DNA from: Alphaproteobacteria bacterium
Lineage (GTDB): Bacteria; Pseudomonadota; Alphaproteobacteria; Bin95
Length of the DNA: 64,000 nt
NCBI GenBank assembly: GCA_963665325.3
Contig: OZ224045.1
Coordinates: 864,001-928,000, forward strand
Reading direction: 5' to 3'
Made by a program: the position numbers and the translations under genes. Positions within the stretch are counted from its first letter, which is position 1; every line of letters starts with the position of its first letter. Below are positions 49,520 to 59,721 of this stretch, piece after piece. The notes beneath the pieces are model-generated. The model was not told the origin of the DNA. It saw only the letters and a program-made list of their open reading frames with translations, and ran no database searches.

Positions 49520-49777
49520 TCTTCGTATTCGTTACTTGGGCAGATCGGCTAATTGCAGTCTGCGGTCGGGTTCTGTAGTCAAGCAGCATACTAAGATCCA
49601 CGCTGGGGCAGGATCATGCTTCTGTATACGGTTAGCCCGGTGGCCGCCGGTAGCTTGGGTCAAGCGCGGGGGGGCGGGTCAATCCAGCGGTCGGGCTCAC
49701 GAGGTGGCTCAGCAATTTTCTCGACCTCACCCATTTCGGTTTTCCCTGGCCTCGGGACATCTGCTACGCGGGTTCTT

Positions 49778-49945
49778 CTAAGTGATCGCTCGCAGCTGCC
49801 TTTTGCTCGCCGGGGGGCGGCGGAAGACGTGATGGCCCGTCCATATCCTGTGAAGCATGATCGCCAGCTTCGTGGTGACCGCGAATACGGCTCTCTTCTG
49901 TCGCCGGCGCCGCGCTACGCGAATTCCGCAGCTCTTGTGGACCGA
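49778..49945 (-). pseudogene. IS110-family transposase C-terminal remnant
   Basis: Manual translation KSCGIRVARRRRQKRAVFAVTTKLAIMLHRIWTGHHVFR resembles the IS110 C-terminus KAWGxRIAKRRGxKRAxVAVARKLAVILHRMW. Confidence 0.7.
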
Positions 49946-50479
49946 TGGCCTGGCGCGGTGCCCGGAACCACCCCAAGCTTGTGTCCCGGCCGCAAAGCGG
50001 GAGCGGTCGCTGTCTCGGATCGGTGCACCCCGCGCCCCCTACGGGCGCGCGGGGTGGCCGCAGTTCGTCTCCCGGCCCCAAAGTCGGAGCGGTTGTCGTC
50101 CTCGGTCTTACGGGGGATCGCAACAGCGCGGCGGACGTCCTGATCCATCGGGCGTCTCGGCGGGTCGTGGATTGCTTCGGTTCTGCGGGCACCTGATGAA
50201 TGAACGCCGACCGGTCATCAAATCGAATGCGGGTGTTTTCAATACCGGGACTTGGGCGGGCGACACATGGCGCTGAAACACCATTTTGGCGCGCGGGGGC
50301 AAGGTCCAGGCTGCTATCGGCAGCAATTCAGCGGAGCGGCATCCAGCCGCCACAGGAAATCGCTCCGGACTCGCTGACCGCAAGCAGGCCCTCCGGAAGA
50401 GCATGGGGGCGGCGACAACGGTGTTGCGGTACGCACTGGAACGCAGCGCCTCGAATTCCCATATCGACGATAGTGAGCA

Positions 50480-50841
50480 TGCGGCCGGCCGACCGCATGC
50501 GGCTGGCGCTGGACGGCTCGCGCGTCTTCCGGCTCGGGCAGCGGCGCAGCCTGGCGGCGTCGCTGGGAGGCAGTTTCGTCCGCGACGGAGGGGACGGCGG
50601 TGCGGGGACGGGCGTTGGGCTCGCCGCGTCGATGCGCCACGCATCGCCGGGACACGCGATATACGCCAGCGTGGATCTGTTCGACGGCGGGCGCGAATAC
50701 ACGATCGGCTGGCGGATGGAGCCGGCCCGCCGCACCGTGCCGGGTCTCCGCCTGGGCCTCCAGGCGGCGCGGCGCGAGCATACGGCCGCATACGGGGACA
50801 CGGAGTACGCGATCCGTCTCGGCGCGATCGTGACCTGGTAG
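50480..50841 (+). pseudogene. Autotransporter/outer-membrane beta-barrel C-terminal remnant
   Basis: RLALDGSR...RDGGDG...REYTIGWR...LGLQAARRE...AIVTW* with terminal aromatic residue; no N-terminal passenger. Confidence 0.55.
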
Positions 50842-50899
50842 GCGGCAGGCCGGGCCGCGCAGCTTCGGAGCGGCATGGCGCGGCTCGCTCCGGGCACCC

Positions 50900-51417
50900 G
50901 CTCCGGGTCGACGGGCGCGCGCTCGGCGGGATCGACGACCAGCACGAGCGCGCCGACGCCGCCCGGGCCGGATTCGACGCCCTCGCCGTGCACCGGGCTG
51001 ACATGCACGACCAGCCGGGACCGGGCCTCCGGGCGGCCGAGCGGCATCGAACCGCCGACGCCGGGCCCGTCGCGGGACGGCAGGGCGCGCGCGATCAGCC
51101 GCTGGAGCGCCGCATCCTCCCCGGGCAGCGCGGCGCGCAGGCGGCCGCCCTCGTCCCGGAGCCCGTCGCCCCGGCGCAGCAGCGCCAGGGCACGGTCGTT
51201 GGCCGCCACCACCCGGCCGCGGCGGTCGAGCCGGACGACGCCGGCGCGGACGTTGTCGAGCAGGTCGAGCAGCGAGGCGCCGAGCGCCCCGCTCTCGAGC
51301 AGCGCGTGCCTGACAGCCACGAAGTGGCGCAGATGCGGCAGCAGCCGCTCGATCGTCCCGACCCGCTCGGACGTCCAGCCGTCCCGGTCGACGGGGTCGC
51401 CGATCTCCGCCACGACG
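50900..51417 (-). pseudogene. Internal fragment of PAS/LuxR-type regulator (HTH missing)
   Basis: LLPHLRHFV...GVVRLDRRGRVVAANDRA...LVLVVDP; truncated at both ends. Confidence 0.6.
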
Positions 51418-51531
51418 GAATGGCTTTCCCCGCGCCGTGGAACTGCCTGTCCATGGTCCGGTTGGCGGCCCGTCCCGCGGTCGGCGAAGGTCGTGCGGGG
51501 TCGGCCCGGGCGGATGGACAGGGAAACGGCC

Positions 51532-51922
51532 ATGACGCGAAAGCCAGCAACCGGATTCACCGGACGGCAGCGGCCGGGGCTCGCCCTGCCGGTCGATTTG
51601 GACCGGTCCCTTCGTATGCTGGACGACGATGGGCTCGACCGGCTCGCGAAGGCCGTGGCCGAAGGTCCGGCGGCGGGGCCGTGGCCTGCCCGGTGGGTCG
51701 TCCGCGTCAGGGCGGAAGACCGAAATGCCCGGCACGGCAAGGCCGGCAAAGGCGAAACCGGCAACAGCCGGCGGCGCCGCTTCGGTGACACCGGGACAGG
51801 AGCGTCCGATCCTCGCCGCCTTCGAGGCCGGCCCGACCCCGGCGGCGATCGCAAGGGAATTCCGCCTCGCACGGGCAACCGTGCAGCAGGTTGTCGCTGC
51901 CGCCCGGCGCGGTCGCCCGTGA
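51532..51922 (+). pseudogene. Small HTH protein, frameshifted near 51663
   Basis: One frame gives MTRK...LPVDLDRSLRMLDDDGLDRLAKAVAE; the next gives VRRRG...ILAAFEAGPTPAAIAREFRLARATVQQ. Confidence 0.6.
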
Positions 51923-51998
51923 GGCGGAGCGGCAGTTAGCCAGGCGTTGGCGGCAGAACGGTTGAGCCTCGCGAACGAAAGCGACTACAAGGCGCACC

Positions 51999-52892
51999 AT
52001 GGGTTCCGTTGCCGACAAAATGGCGAAGAAGATCGCCGCGTCCCGCGGATCGAAGGTTGTCGATCTGGCGAACTGGCGGGAGGGCAGGGAGATGGCCCTC
52101 GAAGCCGGTTTGGACGGCGAGGGTCCGATTCCGGCGAAGTTCGCGGACCATGACCCCTGCCACGGGATCTACGCTTTGACGCAGAACATCGCCTCCCTCA
52201 TGTCGGAATCCATGTCCACGATGAAAGAGGCGAAGGGCTTCGTCAGGATCGCCGGCGAGGCCGAGGACGAATACATGCCGTCCGGGCCGCCGATGAGCCC
52301 GCTGACGGTCAGCTACTTCACCATGTGGGCGCTGTTCGACGTCCGGTTCGGGAGCAGCCGGGAGACCATGGGCAGCTGCATCCTGCGCATCGCCCCTGAG
52401 TTCGACTCCCCGTCCTGGCTGACGGACACCGTCGGGCTGATGCAGCGGTCACGGATGGGCTTCTACGTACACTGCGGCAGCGAGGACGACGGCGTTCTGC
52501 TGCGCGAGGTCGGCACCCGGGAAATCGTGTCCTGTACGGTTCCGGCCGGCTATGCCGGCAGCAAGGGCCAGGTCTGGTTCGTGCGCGTGCTGCCGCCGCC
52601 GCATCCCTTGTGCCGCCGGCATGTGGTGTTCAACACGCCCTACGTCATCCGGGACTGGCCCGAAGAGGCCTTTGTCGACTATCTGGAGCGCGAGCTCGCG
52701 CGGATGAAGGCGCAGAAGAGACCGCCCCGGACGGATGACCTGCACGGTCATCTGATGAAGTACGGTCCGGAGCCGAACCACTGGAACGAATTCATCTTCA
52801 GCGCCTATTCGGGGCACCGGCAGGAGGCGATCTTTCTGACCGGTATCCCCGATATCCGGGAGAGTCTTCCCCACGCCTCGGCCGATCGGTAG
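51999..52892 (+). CDS. Hypothetical protein (297 aa)
   Basis: Protein-like composition (EDEYMPSGPPMSP, WNEFIFSAY); no family recognised. Confidence 0.75.
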   Translation: MGSVADKMAKKIAASRGSKVVDLANWREGREMALEAGLDGEGPIPAKFADHDPCHGIYALTQNIASLMSESMSTMKEAKGFVRIAGEAEDEYMPSGPPMSPLTVSYFTMWALFDVRFGSSRETMGSCILRIAPEFDSPSWLTDTVGLMQRSRMGFYVHCGSEDDGVLLREVGTREIVSCTVPAGYAGSKGQVWFVRVLPPPHPLCRRHVVFNTPYVIRDWPEEAFVDYLERELARMKAQKRPPRTDDLHGHLMKYGPEPNHWNEFIFSAYSGHRQEAIFLTGIPDIRESLPHASADR

Positions 52893-52935
52893 TTCAACAA
52901 TCGCGCATCGGCGCCGCAACGACAGGAAACCGGAG

Positions 52936-53700
52936 ATGAGCTTCAGCTGCGCGGACAACGAGCGGCTCAACGATGCGCTCGTGGCTATGGCGGAGGGCAA
53001 GTACGATGCGCTGGTTGCCGCCTATGCCGCCAGGCGCTTCGAGAACGAAGCCGCGCGGACGTTCGCAAGCCGGGGTTTCCCCCGCCGGCTCGAACTCATG
53101 AAGCAGTGCCTCCTCGGATCGATGGAGCCGTTTCCGCCGCGTATCTCCTGGGCCCCCAGCCGGTTCGACATTCTCGACGCGGCGATCCATCTCCAGGCAT
53201 TCGCGGTAAACGCGCGAGGCTGCATCGACAATCTCGCTCATGTCTGGGTCCGGGAGAAGGAGCTGACGGGAGAGGACGACGCGCCGCTCGCGGACGCGGA
53301 AGTGGGGTTCGCGCCGGGCAACGAGGCCGTGCTCGACTCGCTCTCACCGGAATTCGCGGGCTACCTGAGAGACCTCGGTCCGTGGTTCGAGTATCTCGGG
53401 CGCTTCCTGCATGCGCTTGAGCATCGTGTGCCGCTCTACGTGCCGGGGGACACGGTTTCGCAGGAGACGCTGCGGACATTCGAGGAGATGGGCGGGCGGA
53501 TCGGGGACGCCGAGCTCCGCGGCGACCGTGAAGAGGCCGACAGGCTGACGCGCGAGCGGAGCGCGCTGGTTTCGTTCTTCCCGATCGTGGAACATGCGTT
53601 CGGCGAAGACGCGAAGAAAGGGGTCTTTCAGTTTCAGATGATGACGGACTTCGAGACCGTCGTGGAAATCGCCCAAAGACTGCTGCTGGAATTGGACTGA
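52936..53700 (+). CDS. Putative HEPN-like protein (Cthe_2314-like) with altered motif
   Basis: GGAG RBS; LQAFAVNARGCIDNLAHVW; FLHALEHRVPLY. Confidence 0.6.
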   Translation: MSFSCADNERLNDALVAMAEGKYDALVAAYAARRFENEAARTFASRGFPRRLELMKQCLLGSMEPFPPRISWAPSRFDILDAAIHLQAFAVNARGCIDNLAHVWVREKELTGEDDAPLADAEVGFAPGNEAVLDSLSPEFAGYLRDLGPWFEYLGRFLHALEHRVPLYVPGDTVSQETLRTFEEMGGRIGDAELRGDREEADRLTRERSALVSFFPIVEHAFGEDAKKGVFQFQMMTDFETVVEIAQRLLLELD

Positions 53701-54104
53701 GGCGGCGACATGCGCCTTGCCGAATGATTGGGGGTCGATGTTGAATGCCGATCGACAGATCGGGCGGCGATTTCGGTGTCGCCCGGCAGGCGAACCTGCG
53801 GCCACAGCGGCTGGAACCGCCTCCGAAGAGGTGAAATGGAGCCCGCATCGCGCGGAGCGCGCTCCTGCGGCGTAAGGAATGCGCTCGATCCCGATGCCGG
53901 CTGTTTCGGCTCAGGGAACGCCGCCGCAATCTGCCGGCAATTCGATGCGGCGGTGTGTCTCGGCAATCGCTCGATCGGGTCGATTCGTGGTACGGGTTCT
54001 CCATGATTCGCCGGGCTGTGGATAGCGGGTCTCTTCGTCAACCGGACGATGGCGCGGGTTCGGCTTCGACTGTCGGGGGCCGGCGGCGAAAGGCGCCGGG
54101 AAGG

Positions 54105-54449
54105 CGGGTTGCATCGGACCTCGACATGGTTCTTGAGGCAGCGCTCCGCGAGATCGGCGACGGTGGGCGCGGGCGCCGGCGTCGGATCCTCGCCCCGCTT
54201 GATCCGGTCGATGACGAGGGCCGCCTCGCGCCGGTGCTTGTCGACCGGCTCGTCGCCGACCCGCCCCAGGGTGATCCGTTTCAGGCCGGCCGGCCCCCGG
54301 GACTGGACGATGTAGAGCTTGCGTCCGGTGGTGTGGACCCGCACGCCGAAGCCGGCGAGGTCGGCGTCCCAGAAGATCGCGTCCTTGCCGTCGGCCTTGA
54401 GCCGTTCCACTATCCGCTTGGTCAGTCTGAGCGTGCTGCGCTTCGGCAT
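54105..54449 (-). pseudogene. Tyrosine integrase N-terminal arm-binding fragment (truncated)
   Basis: LTKRIVE...FWDADLAGFGVRV...RITLGR...GEDP...TVADLAER; no catalytic RHRY domain follows. Confidence 0.8.
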
Positions 54450-54655
54450 CGCCCCTCCTTCGGTCGGCCCGAATGTCAGTCATCAAACCGCACACGAGCG
54501 ACATCAAATTCTGGGGTCAATGTGGACGATGCGTGGCGTCGATGCAAGGGGCAGGAAGCCGGTGGAGGGACGATTATTGCCGATTTACCAACAGCTTACC
54601 ACGAATCCGTCTCCAAACGTCGAGGCGCGTCATTGTGTGTCTTCGATACCCCTTC

Positions 54656-54682
54656 TGTCCGGATTAAGTCCGGGCATGACGG
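54656..54682. repeat. Single REP-like arm
   Basis: TGTCCGGATTAAGTCCGGGCATGACGG, near reverse complement of the arm at 39317. Confidence 0.6.
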
Positions 54683-54731
54683 TGGGGAAGCAGCCGCGTA
54701 TCGAGGGACCGCGACGATGGGCGCCCGCCGA

Positions 54732-55223
54732 TCAGCCCCCCGCCGGGCGCCGGTAGAGCCGGTAGCGCCCCGGCGCGACGCCTTCCGGCAGCGGCTCTTC
54801 CGTCCAGCCGGGGAGCGGCATGGGCTGGTCGCTGGCGAGGATGGCGCCGGGGGTTGTCAGGCGGGGCAGGAGGGGGGCGAGCGCGGCGGCGAGCGCCAGC
54901 GAGGCCTGCTTGTCGCCGGTGCCGATGTCGGCGTGGACGAGGGCTGCGGGGGCGGGCAGGCGGACATGGGGCAGCGTGTCGAGGAAGTCGCCGGCGATGA
55001 GCCGGTCTTCGGGCGGCGTGCAGTCCGGGTGGGCGGCGGGCTGGCGCTCGAACACGAAGATATCCCTGTCGGCCAGGCGGGCGCGGAGATGGTCGTAGGT
55101 GCGCCCGTTGCCAAGCCCTAGCTCCAGCACCGGGCCGGGCACGCCCTCGACCAGCGACGCCGCCCGGTCGAGGCAGGCGCGCTGGGCCTCAAGGCGGCGG
55201 ATGGCGCTGTCGAGCCGGGTCAT
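54732..55223 (-). CDS. Small class I SAM-dependent methyltransferase-like protein
   Basis: VLELGLGNGRTYDHLR, HADIGTG, SDQP. Confidence 0.82.
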   Translation of the reverse strand: MTRLDSAIRRLEAQRACLDRAASLVEGVPGPVLELGLGNGRTYDHLRARLADRDIFVFERQPAAHPDCTPPEDRLIAGDFLDTLPHVRLPAPAALVHADIGTGDKQASLALAAALAPLLPRLTTPGAILASDQPMPLPGWTEEPLPEGVAPGRYRLYRRPAGG

Positions 55224-55233
55224 GCCGGGGCGC

Positions 55234-55692
55234 TCATCCGGCGGCCAGCTGCGCGCGGGCTTCGCGGAGGTCGTGGGTGGTCTTGTCGAGGCGCTGGGCG
55301 AGCTCGCGCATGATCTCGACCGCCATTTGCGGGAACTCCGCCACCAGGCGGAAGAACAGCTCCTTGGAGATGCGCAGCGCCGTCATCGCCTCCGTGGTGC
55401 GCACGGTCGCGGTGCGCGGCACATCGATCAGGATGGCGATCTCGCCGATGATGTCGTTCCTGCCCAGGTCGGCGACCTTGAGCGGGCCCTGGGGTGTGTC
55501 GACCAGCACCTCGGCCGCGCCCTCCAGCACGATATAGGCGGCATCGCCGATGTCGCCCTCGGTCACCACAAGGTCGCCCGGCTCGAAGCGCACCCGCTCG
55601 CTGGTGAAGGCGAGCAGGCGCAGCTTCGACGCCTCGATGCGCTGGAACAGCGGGATGGCGCGGAGCGCCTCGACTTCCTCGTTGAGCGCCAT
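55234..55692 (-). CDS. Stand-alone cyclic nucleotide-binding domain protein
   Basis: EGDIGD, GEIAIL..PRTATV phosphate-binding cassette. Confidence 0.9.
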   Translation of the reverse strand: MALNEEVEALRAIPLFQRIEASKLRLLAFTSERVRFEPGDLVVTEGDIGDAAYIVLEGAAEVLVDTPQGPLKVADLGRNDIIGEIAILIDVPRTATVRTTEAMTALRISKELFFRLVAEFPQMAVEIMRELAQRLDKTTHDLREARAQLAAG

Positions 55693-55708
55693 GGTCCGTT
55701 CCTCCTCC

Positions 55709-58357
55709 TTACTGCCGCAGGAGCCGGGCGAACGGGCCGCCGGCCCCGCTCAGCTCCTCCCAGCTCCCGTCCTCCACCGTGCGCCCCTCCTCGACCGTGA
55801 CGATGCGGGAGAAGCCTTCCGCCAGCTCCGGCGATTCCAGCACCCAGACGATGCCGCGCCCGGCCATCGCCGTGCGGGCCGCCAGGAAGAGCATCTCGCG
55901 CGCCACGCGCTCGACGCCGGCGGTCGCCATGTTGACCACCAGCAGCGCCGGGCGCTTGAGCAGCGCGCGGGCGAAGGCGAGCTTCTGGCGCTGGGTTGCG
56001 GTCAGCCGGCTGCCGCCGATGCCGACCTGGAAGGCGAGCCCCGCCTCCATCACGGCTTCGCGGATGCCTACCTCGTCGACGACCTCGCCGAGCAGCGCGC
56101 TCATCCTGGCCGCGCCCTGCGCCTGGCCGTGGCGGATGCGCCCGAACAGGATGTTGTCCTGGAGGCTCGCCTGCGCCGCATAGCGCTCCGCGTCGAAGAA
56201 CTCGACCGAGCCGCGGTCCGCCTCCGGCAGGCGCTCGCGGAACAGGCTGCGGGCCGTGAGCAGGTCGCGGCGGATGTCGTCGTCGATGAGGCCGAGCCTG
56301 TGGCGCTCCGGGATCAGCAGGAAGGGCAGGCCGAGCAGCCGCTCGCGCTCGTCGGCCTCCAGCCCCTCCAGCCCCAGCCGGTCGGCGCGCGCGGCGATGG
56401 TGCGGAACTCCGGCAGGTCGTCGGCCCCGATGAAGCTGAACTGCTGGAAGAGCTCGTGGCCGGGGTCGATGTCGGCGAACAGCTCCACCATGATCTTCGC
56501 CACCTGGAGGCCGATACCCTCCAGCCGGTCGAGCAGGCCGGCTTCCTCCAGCACGCTGCGCACGAAGGGATGGCCCGCAAGGTTCTCCAGCGCGAAGGCC
56601 GGGCCGATGGGCGCGCCGAACAGGAGGTTCTCCGCGAGCGTGGCGTTGACATTGTAGGCATCCGCGTCGAAGGGCTCGATCGGCGCGGCGGCGCCCGGCG
56701 CGTCGAGGCGGGAGCGGAGCGCGGCCCTTGCTTCCAGCACCCGTTCGGCAAGGCCCGCATGGGCGCCCGGGTTGAGCACGCCGCGCAGGCCGAGCGTGTA
56801 GAGGTCGTCGTCGAGGCCGACGGCCGCCAGCACCTCCACCATCCGGCGCACCATCTCCTGGCCGGGCGCGGCGCCGGCGGCCTCGTAGTCCACCCAGTCC
56901 GCGCCAATGTCGGCGTCGCTGTTGCCGGAGCGCCGGGCCTCGGCGGCCCGGGCGTCGCGGCGGGCGGCCGCTTCCGGGCCGGCGTCGGCAGGCCGGAGCG
57001 GCCGGTGGCGCAGGCCGAACAGCAGGTTCTCGCGCACGGTCGCGTTGAAGAGGCTGGCGTTCGGCCCGACATAGGCCGCCCCGCGCCCGAAGGCCGCCTG
57101 CGGCAGCTCTTCGAGCGCCGCGCCGTCCAGATGCGCGCGCCCGCCGGTGACGGTGGCGAGCCGGGCCGCGAGCAGGCCGAGCTCCTCCTTGCCGCCGCCG
57201 CTCGGGCCGACGATGGCGACATGCTCGTCGAGGCGGGCGGAGAAGGTGGCGCTGCGCACGGGCTGGGAAATCTCGTCCTCGGCATAGGCGGCGTTCTCGA
57301 AGGCGAGCCGGCTGTCCGGCGTCAGGGCGGGCAGGGGCTCGGGCTCCTCCACCTGCAGCGCCTCGTCGATCATGCCGGGCGGGTCGAACTGCTGCGCCAC
57401 CTGGTCGTATTTGATGCGCGCGTCGGCCTGCTGCTGGTAGTAGGCGAGCAGCTCCTTCCAGGGCGCGGACATGTCCTTGTAGGCGGCGAGCACGGCGACC
57501 ATGGCGCCGAAGCTGAGGCGGCCCTCGATGATCAGGTAGCCGCCGATCGCGTAGAAGAAGAAGGGGGTGAGCTGGGCCAGGAAGTTGTTGAGGAACTTGA
57601 TGAAGAACTTGCGCCGGAAGATCTCGTAGCGGATGTCGTATATGTCGCCGAGGCGGTGGGCGATGTCGGCGCGCAGCCGGTTGGAGCCGTCGTCGGCGTG
57701 GACGGCCTCGATGGTGGAGATCGACTCGCCGATCCGGTCCGACAGCCGGCGCACATGCTGCACCCGCTCCTTCGCCAACGCGGTCACCCGGCGCTGCAAC
57801 TTCGGGATCGCATACATCTGGAAGGGGTAGAGCGCGAGCGCGGCAAGGCCCAGAATGGGCTCCTGGATGAGCATGAAGGCGCCGATGGTGACCAGTATGC
57901 CGAGTTGATAGACCGGCTGGGCCAGCGCATCGCCCATGAAGCCGCCGAGCGGCTCGACCTCCTGCGTCACCATCGGGATGATCTCGCCCTGGCCGGTGCG
58001 CTTGAAGACCGGGAGCGGGAAGCGCAGCAGGCGCGAATAGAGGTCGTAGCGCAGGCGGCGCAGCAGCCGTTCGCCGAGCCGGCCCTTGCCGGTGTTGATG
58101 GCGAATTTGAACGCGCCGTTCAGAAGCACGAGGCCCAGAAAGGCGAAGCTCAGCACCATCAGATATTCGATCTGCCCGAGCTCCAGCCCGAGCAGCGACC
58201 GGGGGAAGCCTTCGCCGCCGATGGCGTCGTTGATGATCTGCTTGGGCAGTTCGAGCGAAACGTAGAGCACCGGGAAAGACGCCACGGTAAGCGCCAGCAG
58301 GAACAACTGCTGCGGCAGGCTGTGGCGGAACACGAAGCCGTAGATCGTCTTTTCCAT
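55709..58357 (-). CDS. ABC exporter-like TMD-NBD protein with degenerate NBD and large insertion
   Basis: 6-TM domain; GPSGGGKE, LTATQRQK, LVVNMAT. Confidence 0.85.
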   Translation of the reverse strand: MEKTIYGFVFRHSLPQQLFLLALTVASFPVLYVSLELPKQIINDAIGGEGFPRSLLGLELGQIEYLMVLSFAFLGLVLLNGAFKFAINTGKGRLGERLLRRLRYDLYSRLLRFPLPVFKRTGQGEIIPMVTQEVEPLGGFMGDALAQPVYQLGILVTIGAFMLIQEPILGLAALALYPFQMYAIPKLQRRVTALAKERVQHVRRLSDRIGESISTIEAVHADDGSNRLRADIAHRLGDIYDIRYEIFRRKFFIKFLNNFLAQLTPFFFYAIGGYLIIEGRLSFGAMVAVLAAYKDMSAPWKELLAYYQQQADARIKYDQVAQQFDPPGMIDEALQVEEPEPLPALTPDSRLAFENAAYAEDEISQPVRSATFSARLDEHVAIVGPSGGGKEELGLLAARLATVTGGRAHLDGAALEELPQAAFGRGAAYVGPNASLFNATVRENLLFGLRHRPLRPADAGPEAAARRDARAAEARRSGNSDADIGADWVDYEAAGAAPGQEMVRRMVEVLAAVGLDDDLYTLGLRGVLNPGAHAGLAERVLEARAALRSRLDAPGAAAPIEPFDADAYNVNATLAENLLFGAPIGPAFALENLAGHPFVRSVLEEAGLLDRLEGIGLQVAKIMVELFADIDPGHELFQQFSFIGADDLPEFRTIAARADRLGLEGLEADERERLLGLPFLLIPERHRLGLIDDDIRRDLLTARSLFRERLPEADRGSVEFFDAERYAAQASLQDNILFGRIRHGQAQGAARMSALLGEVVDEVGIREAVMEAGLAFQVGIGGSRLTATQRQKLAFARALLKRPALLVVNMATAGVERVAREMLFLAARTAMAGRGIVWVLESPELAEGFSRIVTVEEGRTVEDGSWEELSGAGGPFARLLRQ

Positions 58358-58515
58358 GCCGTGCGGCTCCCGCGCCTCGACAAACGCCCGTATCATGGGC
58401 CTATCGGGTGCAATTGAAAGTGCGGCCTCGGCGCACGACATTCAATGGAGCAGCGTTCCCGGAAGCCGCAACCCGCGCTTCCGCGCCGCGCCGGAGATAT
58501 GCGATAGTCGGTCCC

Positions 58516-59721
58516 ATGCGAGGCAAGCGTATCCTCATATACAGCCATGACAGCTTCGGCCTCGGCCATCTGCGCCGCTGCCGGACGATTGCGCATGCGC
58601 TGGTCGGCCGGCGCCGGGACCTCTCGGTGCTGATCCTCTCGGGCTCGCCGATCATCGGCAGCTTCGATTTCCGCACGCGGGTCGATTTCGTGCGCGTGCC
58701 GGGCATGATCAAGCTGCGCAACGGCGACTACACGCCGCTCAACCTGAATATGGCGCCGGAAGAGACGCTGGCGATGCGGGCCTCGATCATCCGCCACACG
58801 GCGGAGATCTTCGACCCGGACCTGTTTCTGGTGGACAAGGAGCCGCTCGGCCTGCGCGGCGAGGTGGCCGAGACGCTGGAAATCCTGCGCCAACGGGGCA
58901 CGCGCCTCGTGCTCGGCCTGCGCGACGTGCTGGACGAGCCGGAAATGCTGGCGCCGGAATGGGAGCGCAAGAACGTCGCCCCGGCGCTCTCGCGGCTCTA
59001 CGACCAGATCTGGATATACGGCCTGCCGCAGATCTGCGACCCGCTGGACGGCCTCGGCCTGCCGGAGGCGGTGCAGCGCAAGGCGGTCTATACCGGATAC
59101 CTGCCGCGCAGCGTGCCGGATGCGCCGCTCTCGCCGGAAGCCGAGCGCGCGGCGGGCGAGCCCTTCGTGCTGGTGACGGCCGGCGGTGGCGGCGACGGCG
59201 ACGAGCTGATCGACTGGGTGCTGCGCGCCTATGAGCAGGCGGGCCCGATGCCGTGGCGGGCTGTGCTGGTGTTCGGGCCCTTCATGCCTTCGGAGCGCCA
59301 AGCGGAGTTCCGCCAGCGGGCGGCGGCGCTGCGGCAAGTCTCGACGCTGGTGTTCGACGCCCATCTGGAGGCGCTGATGGAGCGCGCCGCCGGGGTCGTC
59401 GCCATGGGGGGGTACAACACCTTTTGCGAGATCCTCTCGCTCGACAAGCCGGCAGTGATCGTGCCGCGCACCCGGCCCCGGCTGGAGCAGCGCATCCGCG
59501 CCGAGCGCGCACAGGAACTCGGCCTCGTGCGGATGCTGGACCCGGACTTCCTCGCCGACACCCGCGCCATGGCGGCAGCGATCCGCAACCTCGCCGTGCA
59601 GAACCGGCCGTCCGAGGTGGTCGTGCCGGGTCTGTTAGACGGCGTGGAGAGCATTGCGCGGCTCACGGATCGGGCGCTGGAGCGCCCGGCCGCCGAGTCG
59701 CTCAGGCTCGTGCAGCCTTGA
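58516..59721 (+). CDS. Glycosyltransferase (GT-B, GT28-like C-terminus)
   Basis: YSHDSFGLGHLRR, GGGGDG, MGGYNT, LEQ..RA. Confidence 0.88.
   Translation: MRGKRILIYSHDSFGLGHLRRCRTIAHALVGRRRDLSVLILSGSPIIGSFDFRTRVDFVRVPGMIKLRNGDYTPLNLNMAPEETLAMRASIIRHTAEIFDPDLFLVDKEPLGLRGEVAETLEILRQRGTRLVLGLRDVLDEPEMLAPEWERKNVAPALSRLYDQIWIYGLPQICDPLDGLGLPEAVQRKAVYTGYLPRSVPDAPLSPEAERAAGEPFVLVTAGGGGDGDELIDWVLRAYEQAGPMPWRAVLVFGPFMPSERQAEFRQRAAALRQVSTLVFDAHLEALMERAAGVVAMGGYNTFCEILSLDKPAVIVPRTRPRLEQRIRAERAQELGLVRMLDPDFLADTRAMAAAIRNLAVQNRPSEVVVPGLLDGVESIARLTDRALERPAAESLRLVQP

Noticed and set aside
53634-54104. C-terminal part of the 271-aa integrase ORF
   Set aside because: Integrase similarity stops near 54105; the rest is read-through with no catalytic residues
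33180-54730. tRNA or att direct repeats at the island borders
   Set aside because: No tRNA-like sequence or matching direct repeat found by eye; a computational repeat search is still needed
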